From contig OZ237735.1 in assembly GCA_965178125.1 (NCBI GenBank), positions 1,240,001 to 1,304,000 of the forward strand: a stretch of 64,000 nt of DNA, read 5' to 3'. The position numbers and the translations under genes are program-made. Numbering within the stretch: position 1 is the first letter of the stretch; every line of letters starts with the position of its first letter. Below the pieces are notes generated by a model. It had not been told where the DNA came from, did not search any database, and was given only the letters and a program-made list of their open reading frames with translations. Origin of the DNA: Bilabrum cf. latius. Taxonomy: Eukaryota. Below, in pieces: positions 12,387-24,078 of this stretch.

Positions 12387-14667
12387 ATGAGGAGCTCAGC
12401 ATCCTCGCTGAGAGGCCGCGCACAAGTGAGTGCATGCGCTCGCTGTTTCCAAAGTTTCTGCCGAGTATTGCCGTGCTTTGAAGTAGGCCCGCCCCTCATT
12501 GTGAGTTCAATTGATATAGCAGGTATATGCACATTTGTGTTGTGCTTAGCCGTCTCTGCTCGATGTTTGGTCGATTGCGTGTGCATCGCGAGCAAAGCGC
12601 ACCGTAGCTTCTGTAGCAGCTCGAGGCGATACAATCGCTGCCGCGGCTGGCGAAATCCCCTTGGGCGTGAAATTCCGAAAGAAATTATTAGCGGCAGTAG
12701 ACTTATCTAGTCGCGTTGCTGAGGACGGTACACTTGGACATGTAGAGCTAACGAAGATATGCAACATTCACAAAGGCCAAGACGCGAGTGACATGCAGAG
12801 ATCTCTGGATTTCTTGCAGGTGATGGCGGACCATGGCCTTCTAGCAGACGGTTCCCATGTCTCGTTTGGGACGCCTGTGCATCGGAGCATTGCGAATTTG
12901 TTTCTAGAGCGTGCAGCGCATCTAGTGAGGCCTGGTTCGTTGATGACTGACAGACAGGGTCGGTATTTTGAGGGCCCGAAGGGCTCTGGCAAATCAACAA
13001 TGCTGAGAGCAATGACTTTCGTGATACCTGAGTTGGTGCCCGCGGTTAAGGCCGTGTATGTCGATGCGTCATAGTACGATGATGATGGCGTCGCTGGCAG
13101 ACTCCCGTCCCTGGGCAACGCGGTGTGGGCCAGATTGCGCACAGACCCCTCCATCTCTGAGGTGCTGGACAAGGAGCATATTGCTGAGCTGGATGCCCTC
13201 CTGGTTGGCGGTGGGCGGATTAGCTTGAAGTCACGCGTCATGCCGTTGCTGCAGGCCAAGGGATTGAAGCTCATCGTGGCTGTAGACGAGATCGAGGCTT
13301 ACTTCGCCTCGCATGCCCCTGGAGCGTCTTGGCAAGCAGACCTGACATTCTTCGGTGACTTAAACCAGTTGCCTTGCATCGGTATCCTCACCGACAGCTC
13401 GTCAATCTTGTCGGACCTGATGCATGCCCGTGACTTCTTGAAGCCGTTTTACCCAAAGCTGGAACGCGACCTGAACACGACGAAGATTCGAAAACTCCAG
13501 CTCGAAGTGCTGGATCCATTCAGCATTCGAGTGGCCCAATAGACTCTGTTACATTCCTGGCCAGGTGGAGCAGGAGTCGCTGCAAAGCACTTACCCGGAC
13601 CCTTTGCCGCTGCCCTTCTGATGATCGGGGGCGGATCGAACCCCAGGCAACTGCTCGGGATCATGGAAGACTTTATTGCAGAATCTAGTGGCATTAGCTC
13701 TCCGGAAGCCGGTACGGAGGCTGATATTAGTGTAAACAGGGCCTCCGTATTCGTTAGCGCAAGCACTTTGTCGGCTGTAGGCGTCCAAGCTAGTCATGCA
13801 TAGGACAAAGACTTGATCAAAGATTTCATGGGGTCTCCACTAGCACGCAAACTTGCTGAAATAGTAGCCAAGCCTTTCGATGTCGTTGAGAAGTCATTTC
13901 CGCTGGGCCACGAGACTCTCGCCGAAGTTCCACGTCACTTGTACCATGCCATGTACAAGAAGAACATGAAGCTTTGGAAGGACTCAGGCGTGGCTCAAGC
14001 TCTAGAAGACATGGATGTGGATGCCGCGGAGCGGCTGAGCAACGCCGTGCTTGCCCTGGCTGCGTTCATCCACGAGCATGGCGACGGGTGGAGGGAACAC
14101 TTCTGCGACATGTCCGAGGCTGAGATTGCAGCCTCGTACGAAGAGTTCTGGCAGTTTGCCGATGGGATCAAGGTGGTAGCGAATCCAACGACGGGGCTCG
14201 ATCTATTGGTGAAGCATCGCTACCTGTTGGCTGGCATCAGTGGCGCCAACTTGAAGAGGTATGCGGCCCCCTCGCTTGCCCACATCCTGAGCAGCTCCCA
14301 GCCACACCCAAAGCTGGTGACTGACGAGAATGTCCGAATGTTCAAGACGTCTGAGAACACAGAAGCAGAGTCGCTGAAAGAGATGCGTTCGAATGAAGAG
14401 CAACAGCGTGATCGTGCTGCGGAGCAGCGAGCACAAGAAGCATCGCGGCGCGAGAAGTACGCGCTAGTCATCTCAGTGGTCTCCATGACAGTGGCTGCGA
14501 TTGCGATGGTTCCCACAGTGTTCGGCTGGGAGTGGCTGTCAGACGGCTAGGACTCCGTGCAAGAGCGCTTGGCTACCGGTGCATCGAGCGGTACCGACTC
14601 GACGCAGGCTTAGCCGGACAAGGACTGCAGCGAACAAGCACTAGCATCGGACTCGACGAGGCAGTGA
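12387..14667 (+). CDS. P-loop NTPase (STAND/AAA-like) with C-terminal coiled coil and transmembrane helix; TAG read as Gln
   Basis: ORFs 12661..13074, 13123..13542, 13621..13803 and 13813..14550 are co-framed, joined by TAG at 13072, 13540, 13801, 14548, 14611; TGA 14665-14667. Walker A GPKGSGKS, Walker B LIVAVDE, GGGSNPRQL motif, TM YALVISVVSMTVAAIAMVPTVF. Putative first exon 12387-12425 and intron 12426-12549 (GTGAGT..TTAG). Confidence 0.7.
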
Positions 14668-15035
14668 CCGGGTGTGGGTTGCTTTACCAGTGGCAGATCG
14701 CGGGGAACTGCCAGCAATATCTCCTCCCCTCACCCCCCCCTCCCCGCGAAGCCTCGCACCATGGCTGTTGCAGTAAGAGAGTCTCCGGCTCCTGTCACAG
14801 CGACACAACCTGCTTCCCCCCGACCTTGTAGGGGTGGCAGCAAGCAGAGCGGCGAGTCGGAGTAGCAAGTTGCGCAAAGGGGTGGGTTCCCAGTGCAGCA
14901 AGTGGCGCAGGCTGAAGCTGCGTGCGTTGCCGACAAGACAACGCTGAACCAGATCCCGAAGACATCTTGACAGTGGGAGGGGAGTTTTGCCGATTCAATC
15001 AGCACTGTTAGAAGCAGAGCATCAGCGAGTCCAGC

Positions 15036-15617
15036 ATGAGGGAGACAGTGGAGTGGAAGTACAGTGGGGACGGCGCGATGAAGGCGAAGCGCTTCATGGA
15101 GGCGGTGGGCTTCTACAAGCAGGCGCTGCAGAGGGACCCGCTCCACCACGCCATCTACTCGAACCGAAGCATGGCGCTGCTCAAGCTCAACCAGGCCGCC
15201 ATGGCGCTGGAGGACGCCCGCTGGTACAGGCGGCTGGCCCCATGGTCCGTGAAGGGGTGCTACAGGGAGGTCATGGCTCGCATGGCCATGGTGGACTCCG
15301 ACCGCGCCTCGCAGGTCTTCTGGACGGCCTACTGCATGGACAACGAGAACTACGAGACGGCAGAGCTCTTCAAGGAGGCCGTGGCCAAGGCCAAGGCAGT
15401 GCCTGCGAGGGAGCGTGGGGAGTCGGTTAGTGGCAGCGAGGACGAGGACGAGGCCGCGGGCGGCTCAGCGCATCCAACTCCAACTACGCCTGTCCCGCAT
15501 TTCTCGTCTAGGTACTGGAAAACGAGTTCGATCATGAACTCGAGCGTGTCTGCAAGCGTGTCGATGTGCGCGACGGCGACGCCGCTGCGAACCAGTAGTA
15601 CCATCCGGATGTGGTAA
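15036..15617 (+). CDS. TPR-repeat protein (three TPR motifs, STI1-like), possibly truncated or chimeric
   Basis: K..GDGAMKAKRFMEAVGFYKQAL..DP....YSNRSMALLKL..A..ALEDA....LAP.SVKGCYR matches the TPR consensus; ends TAA. Confidence 0.6.
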   Translation: MRETVEWKYSGDGAMKAKRFMEAVGFYKQALQRDPLHHAIYSNRSMALLKLNQAAMALEDARWYRRLAPWSVKGCYREVMARMAMVDSDRASQVFWTAYCMDNENYETAELFKEAVAKAKAVPARERGESVSGSEDEDEAAGGSAHPTPTTPVPHFSSRYWKTSSIMNSSVSASVSMCATATPLRTSSTIRMW

Positions 15618-15648
15618 GAGACCAACGTTGCGTTTCAGAACTAGATAT

Positions 15649-18090
15649 TTACCTCAACCCAAGAAGAAGATCCAGACCAACATCGCCACCCACAGCGTCG
15701 GAAAGCCTAAAATCTTTTCGAGGCCCGAGTCTCCCGTCCAAGTCCAGCACCAGAGCCGGCGGCCGCGTCTCTTGCAGCGTCCCGTCCGGGTACCTGTGCA
15801 TGTAAAAACAGCTCGTTCCGAATGGACACTCGCCCTCGCCCTCCGCAAACAACCTGCAAGGTATCCTGGCCAGGCTCGCTTTGTATTCCTCCACGAGCTC
15901 CCGCTTCCGGCCGGGATGATCTACGAACCGATCGCAGGGCACCACAAAGTGCGAAAGCTCGCGACACACGGGACAGCCCCGCACGGTCTCAGCCGGCAGA
16001 TCTGTTCTAGCCCTCCATGCCCGCGCGCAGTCGATGCAGAGGCAATGCGAGCATCCTGTCAAGATGCCGAACCGCTTGCCCTCGACCACGACCTCGTCGA
16101 AGCATACGATGCACTCGAGGCCCTCGCTCAGCCTTGCCTCTGCCGCCTTCAGAGCGTCCTCTTCGATCCCCGTGGCACGGCCCAAGTCCACTGCCACCAG
16201 GTCTTCGTACGAGAAATCTACTGCACCAACATCGTCCTGACTGGCACCCCCAGTGCACGCAACCTCTGCCCCACGACTTGTGCTGCTCGCAGCCGTGCGC
16301 GGAGGCGCAGGGGTCTTTTCAACGCCCTCTGCAGCAGCACCAGCAGCACCAGTAGCACCCAATGCCGCTTTGCCCGTATGATCGGTATCCTGGCTCGCTG
16401 CCTGGGGAGCTTGCTTCCCTTTCTTTTTCTTTCGTTTCTTGGTGCGTTTGCCCCGCTTACCTCCTCTTGCTCCGTCACCCACAGGGTCAAATCCAGGGAT
16501 GACGCGATGCCCAGATTCGAGCACAGACCGCCTCTAATTGTACTCACCCATCGCCAGTCGCGGCGCGCCCGTCGGAATGCTTGCAGCAGCCCTGGCTGCC
16601 TCATCTGCCTCCCGAGCCGCGCGGCGCTTGTCTTCTGCCTTGGCCAGACGAGTGAGCAAGTCGCGGGTGGCCCGGAGCACCTGCTCGGCCTTTTCCAGCT
16701 ATGCCGGAGACACGTCGGCGTGTCGATACAGGCACGATGCGCCGAAGCGGCAGCTGCCTGCGAGGTAGTGTCTGCAGAGTGGTGTAGTCGTGTCGGTGCT
16801 GGTATGCGCCGTCGACGGGACACCCCGACGCTGCTACCCCCACTGCTGGGTCCATGGCTGGGCACCGCCGGCTTCCATCCCAGGCAAGCCTTCCATCTGT
16901 GCAATGCGTTGCCACGGTGCTAGCGAGGTTCCTGCGGCCAGCCGAGCGGCTGATCCATCCGCCAAGCCAGTCCCTGCGACCGCCCCCCCCAGGCCCTCGG
17001 TGGCGTCAGCTGCGTTCCGCCTCGCCTCATCTCGCTCGATCTCCTCCTCGATCGCCTGCATCTCGGCTTCCTCCTGCTGCTCCTCGGTAGTGTATGCATG
17101 CGCCGGAATGACTGGTCCGCCCATCCCCGCGCCAGCTCGTGAACCCGCACCTAATCCAGCTCCCATGCCCATGCCCATGCCCATGCCGATGCCGTGGCCT
17201 GCCTGTATGAATCCGGCCATCTGCATATGGAATGGTCCGGCAGATATCGGGAGATGCCTTGCACTCCCACTACTTGCACCACCGTGCGGTGCAGCTGCGG
17301 AACTGACCTGTCCTGCCCCCCACGCCGCTGCCTGGGCCTCGTGCTGGCCGTGACCCGCGGACTAGACACCATGCAGAGCCGCGCCCGATTGTCCCGGTAA
17401 AATCTGCTGCTCCTGAGCAGGGGGTCCCACTACTGGTGCAAAACTACCGCTAAAGCCCATGCGGCTGCCGGTCGAGGTCGCGGTGCCAGGGCCTGCCAGC
17501 GAGTGCGGCTATGTTGATGTTGATGGCTGCCACCCCTCTGTGGCACCGGGCGCTGCGGCCTCCCGCCCGCCAAACGGTGCCCAGATAGACCCAGAGGCAG
17601 GTGGCAGCAATTCGGACTAAGCTGTACTCGAACTGGCACTATGATGCTCGCTGTGGTCAGCCGGTGCGGCAGCTGTGATGCCGGCACTACCAGCCGCGGG
17701 CAGTTGCCGTCCAGCTTCCGTACTGCTGCCGAACGGATAATCTATGGAGATGCCACTGCTTAACTTCGGGGCTTCATATGCCGCGTTGCTCTGTTCAGAG
17801 GCGGTGCCGTCACGATCCAGTGCTCCACCGGTTGCCAAACCCTCTACTGACTGATTGGCGGTCGATCCACTGGAAGCTGGCGCTGAAGCTCGTGGTGAGC
17901 TATACTAGTGCAGCCCTGAGACAGGAGGAAGCAAACCAGCCGCTTTGAGCATTGAATCTACGTAATTCAATGCTGAGGCGAGCTTGCGTTTGCGTTCATC
18001 CGCCGAGAGCTCCCTTCGCTAGATTGGACCGCTACCATCTGCTGCACCGGCTGCTCGGATTGTTTGACTCCACCCGCCCTAAAGTGCCAT
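15649..18090 (-). CDS. MKRN: Makorin-type E3 ubiquitin ligase (CCCH + RING + CCCH); TAG read as Gln
   Basis: RING CIVCFD..RFGILTGCSHCLCIDCARAWR..CPVCR; C-terminal PCRLFAEGEGECPFGTSCFYMH; upstream CCCH CRHYLAGSCRFGASCLYRH lies between TAGs 16834 and 16699. Nine in-frame TAG; ends TAA 15649. Start 18090 or 18147. Confidence 0.85.
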
Positions 18091-18224
18091 CAGATAGCGT
18101 CCAACTAGTCCCCCAATAGAGAAAAGGGGTTTCATTGCAATTTGCATCGGACGAACGTTCTCTGCTTGGCGACTCGTGGTTCGCTAGCTCGGTTGGACTC
18201 GCCGCGGCAATTCTAGCCTGAGAG

Positions 18225-21020
18225 ATGAGTTGCACCGACAGTGGCGGTGATTTCGATATACTTAAATACCTTCGGGTGGAGCTGCCCTGGAAATCTGTGA
18301 GATACAATCGCGCAGTTGGTCACTACGGTTTGCCCTTTCATTGTCGTTTGAATCAGTGCATCATTGCACGGCACACCCCAGCGCTGTGTTGCTTCGTCCT
18401 GTCGTCCTAGCAGACTCCTGCATTGGCAGATGGAACTCTTCCGTGGCGCGAAACTTCTGCCAATTCTCGTGTGGTGCGATTTCGGGCGCCGCCAAAGACT
18501 CTACATGACAACTCGAAGCCAAAGGGAGGTCGGCCTTGGAGCTCGCCAGAAGCTGCCCGAAGTGTTGCATTGCGCCAATCTCGGCAGCAGATTGTAGCCG
18601 GCCACCCGACCATGCGTGGCGTGCGATCTACATCTGCGCGCGAGCAAGCGCGATCCGGGGGCCAGCAGGACTTTATCCGTCTCGCGGAGCTGTCCGTGGT
18701 AACAGATGCCTCGCGCACCATGAGGGGAAGAGCGCCAGTGCAGCCGCACTGGACACCACAGTACATGCGTGAACATACTATGGCCCATGTGTCCCGGTCG
18801 GATGCCGTCCCAGTGCGAATTATTGCGAGCAGGCTGCATCGCGGCTCCGCTGCGAAGCACGGCATGGACGAGGCAGACTTGCTGCCCATCGCACCGCACA
18901 GGGCCAGATCGTTCTTCGGGAGGCAACGAGAGGCTACCCCTGGCTCAAGCGCAGCCTAGGGCAAGAGCAGCAGCTCGGCAGCAGAGCCGAATCAGCGGCC
19001 GGTGTCTGCTCCACCCAGGCCACGACGCGGCATGGCTAGCAGCGACGGCGGCAGCTCCACGATCCGCACTAAAGGCGGGTTCTATCAGTTTGGTAGTGAT
19101 ATTTCGTACGGCGGACCAACGTTCCCAGGGGCGCACGCGGCGATGGGAGGTGGCAGGCCGCCAGCAACTGCCCAGCGCTCCGTTGGCGCCACAGAGGCCA
19201 ACCGGCTGGCACCGGACTGGGCGGGTTCCCGGACCCTCTCTTCGGAGCGCGGTGACGGCAACGCAGCAGATCGCTTGCATGGGGCCAAGGAGGGTGATGC
19301 TGGCCTAGGCTGGACGACGTCTGGATGGATCGGCGGCGGGCCCCCTGCCCACGTGCAGATGGGCCTCGAAGCAGAAGCAGCCCTGGGCCCGACCAAGGGC
19401 ATGCCGTACCCACCGAGCCCACTGGAAGCCGTGCCTGGCTCGCTGTCTGCGTCCCCTAGCCCCAGCCGAGCGGACGCATCCACGGTGGCTAGCTCCAGCC
19501 CAAGCCCCTCGCGCGCGGTTGCAGGCGCAATGGGCAACCGGGCCGATGCAGCCGGGAGTCCTTCAGCATCGTAGCCTGCCCTCTCCGTGGCTTCCGGGGC
19601 ATCGGAACCTGCGACACTCTCCAGCAGCGCATCAGCATCTGTGCCAAGCGAACCTACTGCCTACGGCAGTGCAGGGGCGGCCGCAACGGGTCCCAATGCC
19701 AATGCAGACAGGCCAGCTGGGCCAGGGTCAGGCAGGCCACGGCCGCTGGAAAGCACGGGGAACCGCACTGCCGCGCCGCACGAAACGCACCACATCACGC
19801 CCCTGGGCAGGGGGCTGGTCGCAGAGCCCAGTATCCAGCGCTTCGGCCGCACGCGCGATTTCCGAGGCAGTCTGCAGGGTGCCGGCGCGCTGCACCGCAC
19901 TGCAGTGCACTCGTCGCCCGTCCATAGCCTAGAGGGACCTCCTGGAGATAGTAGCGGCCAGACGCCCGCTCCTGGAGACAACGCGACTGAAGCTCCCGGG
20001 ACCGGCCCGCAGGCGCCGTCCGCCACCCTGGTGTCTCTGTAGCGAGAGGCCGAGCGCCATGGGTAGCTGGCTGCGAGGGCCAGGCAGCGCGCGCAGGAGG
20101 CCGCGCGGGCTGCTGCGAGGGCTCGACAGGCGCTGGCTGCCGGTGAGCAAGGTGCGGGCGGGCCTGGTCGACTTGGGGCAGCACCCGTACCAGACCCAGG
20201 TGCTGCCGCCCGGGAGTGGGCCGAGGGTGTGCGTGCGGCCAATGCTGCGGAGGGTGCGAGGCGCGCTGCATCGGCGAGGGCATCGGCGATCGCTCGGGAG
20301 ATGAGGGATCGAGAGAGGGCGGCATAGATGCATCGCACTGCAGCGCAGCGCCTGCGCAAGGTGGAGAGGGACTGGCGCAGCGCTGGGCTGCCCGGCAGCA
20401 GCTCAGGCCAGGCGCCCGCCTTCCCAGGTGCCCTGGAGCCGATGGCCCGCGCGATAGAGGGAGGCGGAGCCATGCAGCGGACGGGGGATGCACGGGAGGC
20501 TCTCGGTGCCGCGCACCAGGCCCTGCGTGCAGCGGAACATGCATCGGAGCGGCTCCGGATGAGTCTCTCGGACCGGGCGGCGGCTCGCGTCGAGGCCGAG
20601 GACGAGGCGCTCCGGCGGCGGGCGACGGCCGGGCTAGTGGACGCGTGGGCGGAAACAGCGGCAGCCGGCGCTCGAAAGGCCAGGGAACACATGGAGAGGG
20701 AGCGGGCATGGGGCGAGGCCGCCGCGCGATCGGATCTGGGCGTGCGTCGCCTGGACAGAGAGGCGGCCGCAGCCGCTGCTGCCACCGGTCGATGGCGCGG
20801 GCACCAGCTGCTGGCCCAGACGCAAACGGTTGCAACCAGGAGGAGTCGAGCGGCCGCTGCTGATGCAATGTGGGTGCCCGCGGCGGCAAGCATACCCGCC
20901 CTGCACGACAGGCATTGGGGGGCCGGTTCCGGGGCCGGGCCCGGGAGGCCTCTTCTGAAGCGGTCCACGAGCAGCGCGGCGTGGAGGGACCACGTGAGGG
21001 CGCTGGTGGGCGGCCGCTGA
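18225..21020 (+). CDS. Hypothetical low-complexity/coiled-coil protein (~930 aa); TAG read as Gln
   Basis: ORFs 18225..18410, 18423..18959, 19002..19574, 19587..20042 and 20328..21020 are co-framed, joined only by TAG; ends TGA. Start uncertain. Confidence 0.6.
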
Positions 21021-21387
21021 TTTCTAGCCTAATCAATTTTTGTTGTCGTTTGGAACGTTCCATGACGTGCCGCCTGCTTGGTTCTTGGGCCTGACCCTCC
21101 CTGATGACCAACGAAATCCGCCGGCTCACTGGCAGCTCCGCACAGTGACTGGCGCGCGGCGCCGGCGAGGATCGATCACCGAATCTTGTGGAACATTACA
21201 CGCCTGCCTTGGCTGCTACGCTGGCTCATTGATTCACAAAGTCAATTTTCTGGCGTTGCTTCAGGCGATTCAACAGTCACACCGTGAGTATTATGTGTTG
21301 AGTGGTATCCTGAGGAAGTGGTAGTGTGTAGTGGAGTGCCGTTCAGTCCCACCGACGCATGCCACCGTTCGCATTTTGCCCACGATT

Positions 21388-23865
21388 ATGCAGGTCATGG
21401 GGCTGTCTGATCTATTTGTAGATCCAAGCGATTTGCCTGAGGATGGATACGGGTTCGTTCAGCTCGTCTTCCTCATGATGTGCTACGGTTATGTCCTGGC
21501 TACATCATCCAACTGGATTGCTGATGGAAGTGAGGAGACTGCGAAAAGCAAGCGCTGTGCATATCGATATTGCGCTAACATCTATTCGCGGTGCTATGAC
21601 CATGTGTTGCTCATCGTGCCGTGCTGTGCTGCTTCAAGTTGCACCCATCTACCCTCCTCACCCAACGCCCTCCATTTGGAAACAAGCTTTTCCCTACACT
21701 TTACCGCAGGCGAGCTGCTTCTTGCTGTTCTTGACCCTGGAATTATTGGCGGGTTTCTGCTCCCAGTGATGGGCGCGGTGCCCGACGCGGCGATGGTCCT
21801 GTTCAGCGGCCTCGGCCCGCAAGAAACAGTCCAAGAGGAGCTTTCCACGGGCCTCGGAACGCTGGCCGGCAGCACCATTATGCTCCTCACGATTCCGTGG
21901 AGCCTATGCACGTACACTGGGCGGGTAGACCTCGTCCCGAAGTCGCAGCTGGAGGATGGCCCGGGCGGAGATTCTGCCGGCGAGCTCGTTGCCGCCTACA
22001 AGAGGCCCAAGAGCAAGAAGTTGACCAAAGTCTGGTACGATTTTGCCGGTACCGGCACGCAGCCGGACAACTCCGTGATGACTCCGTCGGCTGTGATCAT
22101 GCTGATGACGACGGTCAGCTACATCATCATCCAGGGCCCTTCGTTCAAGTTCCAGACCTACCACAACGAGAAGGAAGAGGCGCAGAAAGAGGGCGTGTTT
22201 GCTCTCGTCGGGTTCATCCTGTGCATAGTATTCTTTCTTGCCTACAGCATCTGGCAGGTGTTCTCCCAGGACGGGCAGACGGTCCAGGCGGAAAAGAGGA
22301 ATGCTCGGATGAAGGAGCTGGCCAAGGCAGGTACCCTCTCCATCGACGCGATCCTATCGTCGCAGGCCTTTGCCGCGGCATCTGCGGCCACGGGCGGCAG
22401 CTCGAGCTCGGACTAGCTGCTGGCGGGCCAGACTGCGCAGCTTGAGGGCGCCCTGTCCCGCCTGAGCCCCGGCAACCGGCAGGCTGTCCTGACGTACGTC
22501 AACACGCTCTTTGACCGCGTCCAGGGTCTCGTGGTCAGCGACGGGAAGGTGGACGCGGTGGAAGCAGAAATCATGTTTCGCTCGCTGCTGGGGCGCGAGT
22601 ACCTGGATCCCTCCAAGCAGCTTCCCGTGAATGTGGAGGAGCTAGTGGCAGAGTATGCCGCGATCGACGAGGGCCATCATCATGCCTCGGTCGAGCAGGA
22701 GAGCAAGACAGCGGGTGCGTCGGCTCCCGGGCGGGGAGAGATGCCCTCCGCGGCCGTGGGTATCGTGGAGGATGGGGAGGGCGCGAAGCTCAACCGGGAT
22801 CAGTTCGTGCACATGTTCGTGGACTGGTACTCGGCCTACTTGCAGGAGCATCCAGAGAGGGCAGCAGCGGCCTCCGGCGGCTGCTGCGAGGCCATCGGCA
22901 GCTTTTTGTAGAAGCTGCTGTGCGGCTGCTTCCGATCACCCGCTACATCGGCTGCTGGGTCGGGCGGGGGCGGGCTGCAGTCCACGGCCACGGCTGCGAA
23001 TCTCGAGTCCACGCTGCGCCGCAAGCAGACCTCGAGGCAGGCGAGCCGTGTCGGTTCCAGGGCCGGTTCCTTCGCTAGTCCCGGTGCTGAGTCGTTGAAC
23101 GGACCAGGTGCTGCCGCTGCCTCGTCGCGGGCGGGCGGGGAGGCAGACATGGCAGAGAGCGCCATGCGGCGAATGGCTGCCGACCGCGGGGTGGTGCAGG
23201 CCATCTCAGACAGCACGTCGGATCGGCACCTCCGTGGCGTCGAGGGCGTGACTCACCTGGCTGACGAGCATGTGACGTACGACGATGCGGAGGATGACGC
23301 GGAGGGTGCTGGTGGTGAGGAAGAGGAGGAAGAAGAGGAGGAGGAGGAGGAAGAGGAGCCCGGGGCCAACATGACTCGCACTGAGATCTTCGTGAAGTCT
23401 TTCTCTCTCATCCTCGTGGGCGTGGCGGTGGTGACGCTGTTTTCGGACCCCATGGTGGACGTGCTGGCGGCCATGGGCAAGCGGCTGCACATCAAGCCGT
23501 TCTACGTGTCCTTCGTCGTGTCTCCGATCGTGTCCAACGCGAGCGAGCTCATCAGCAGCCTGGTGTTCGCCAGCAGGAAGAGTCGCAAGACCATTACGAT
23601 GACGTACAGCACCCTCATTGGAGCCGCCATCATGAACAACACGTTCGTGCTTGGCGTTTTCCTCGCCCTCGTCAAGTTCAGGGGCCTGGCGTGGACGTTC
23701 AGTGCCGAGTCGACGAGCATCTTCGTGGTGGAGCTAGTCATGGTGTGGTTTGCGACCAGGCATGTACAGTCGGTGCTCGTTGGCTCCGTGGTGGTAGGTC
23801 TGCTTTTCCCGCTGGCCATTGTTCTCGTGGCTGTGCTGGAGAGCAAGGCAATCGGCTGGGACTGA
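21388..23865 (+). CDS. Na+/Ca2+ exchanger-like (NCL/EF-CAX type) membrane protein with EF-hand-like loop; TAG read as Gln
   Basis: Removing intron 21530-21709 restores DGSELLL. Alpha-repeat motifs MGAVPDAAMVL, GTLAGSTIMLLT, PIVSNASE, GAAIMNNT. Two TAG (22414, 22909) link the co-framed ORFs; ends TGA. Confidence 0.9.
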
Positions 23866-24078
23866 AGTAGAACCTGCTGCTGAGGGCACGCAAGACGCCG
23901 GCGGGCTTCGCCGCTCGAAAGGTGCGCCAATCGTCGTGGAGGGAGCTTGCGCTTTAAAATTGCTTGCACGAGTACCGACGGGATTTCTCTCGTATAAGTT
24001 AGTAGTTTTCGGTCACGGGGATCAATCGCTCCGGGTCCAAGGTTTGGATGTCTTTGCTTGCACATTCCGGTGGCCCAA

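Noticed and set aside
10860-15650. Intact transposon, endogenous virophage or giant-virus insertion
   Set aside because: No transposase, reverse transcriptase, integrase, capsid or terminal repeats recognisable; reported only as an accessory-looking region.
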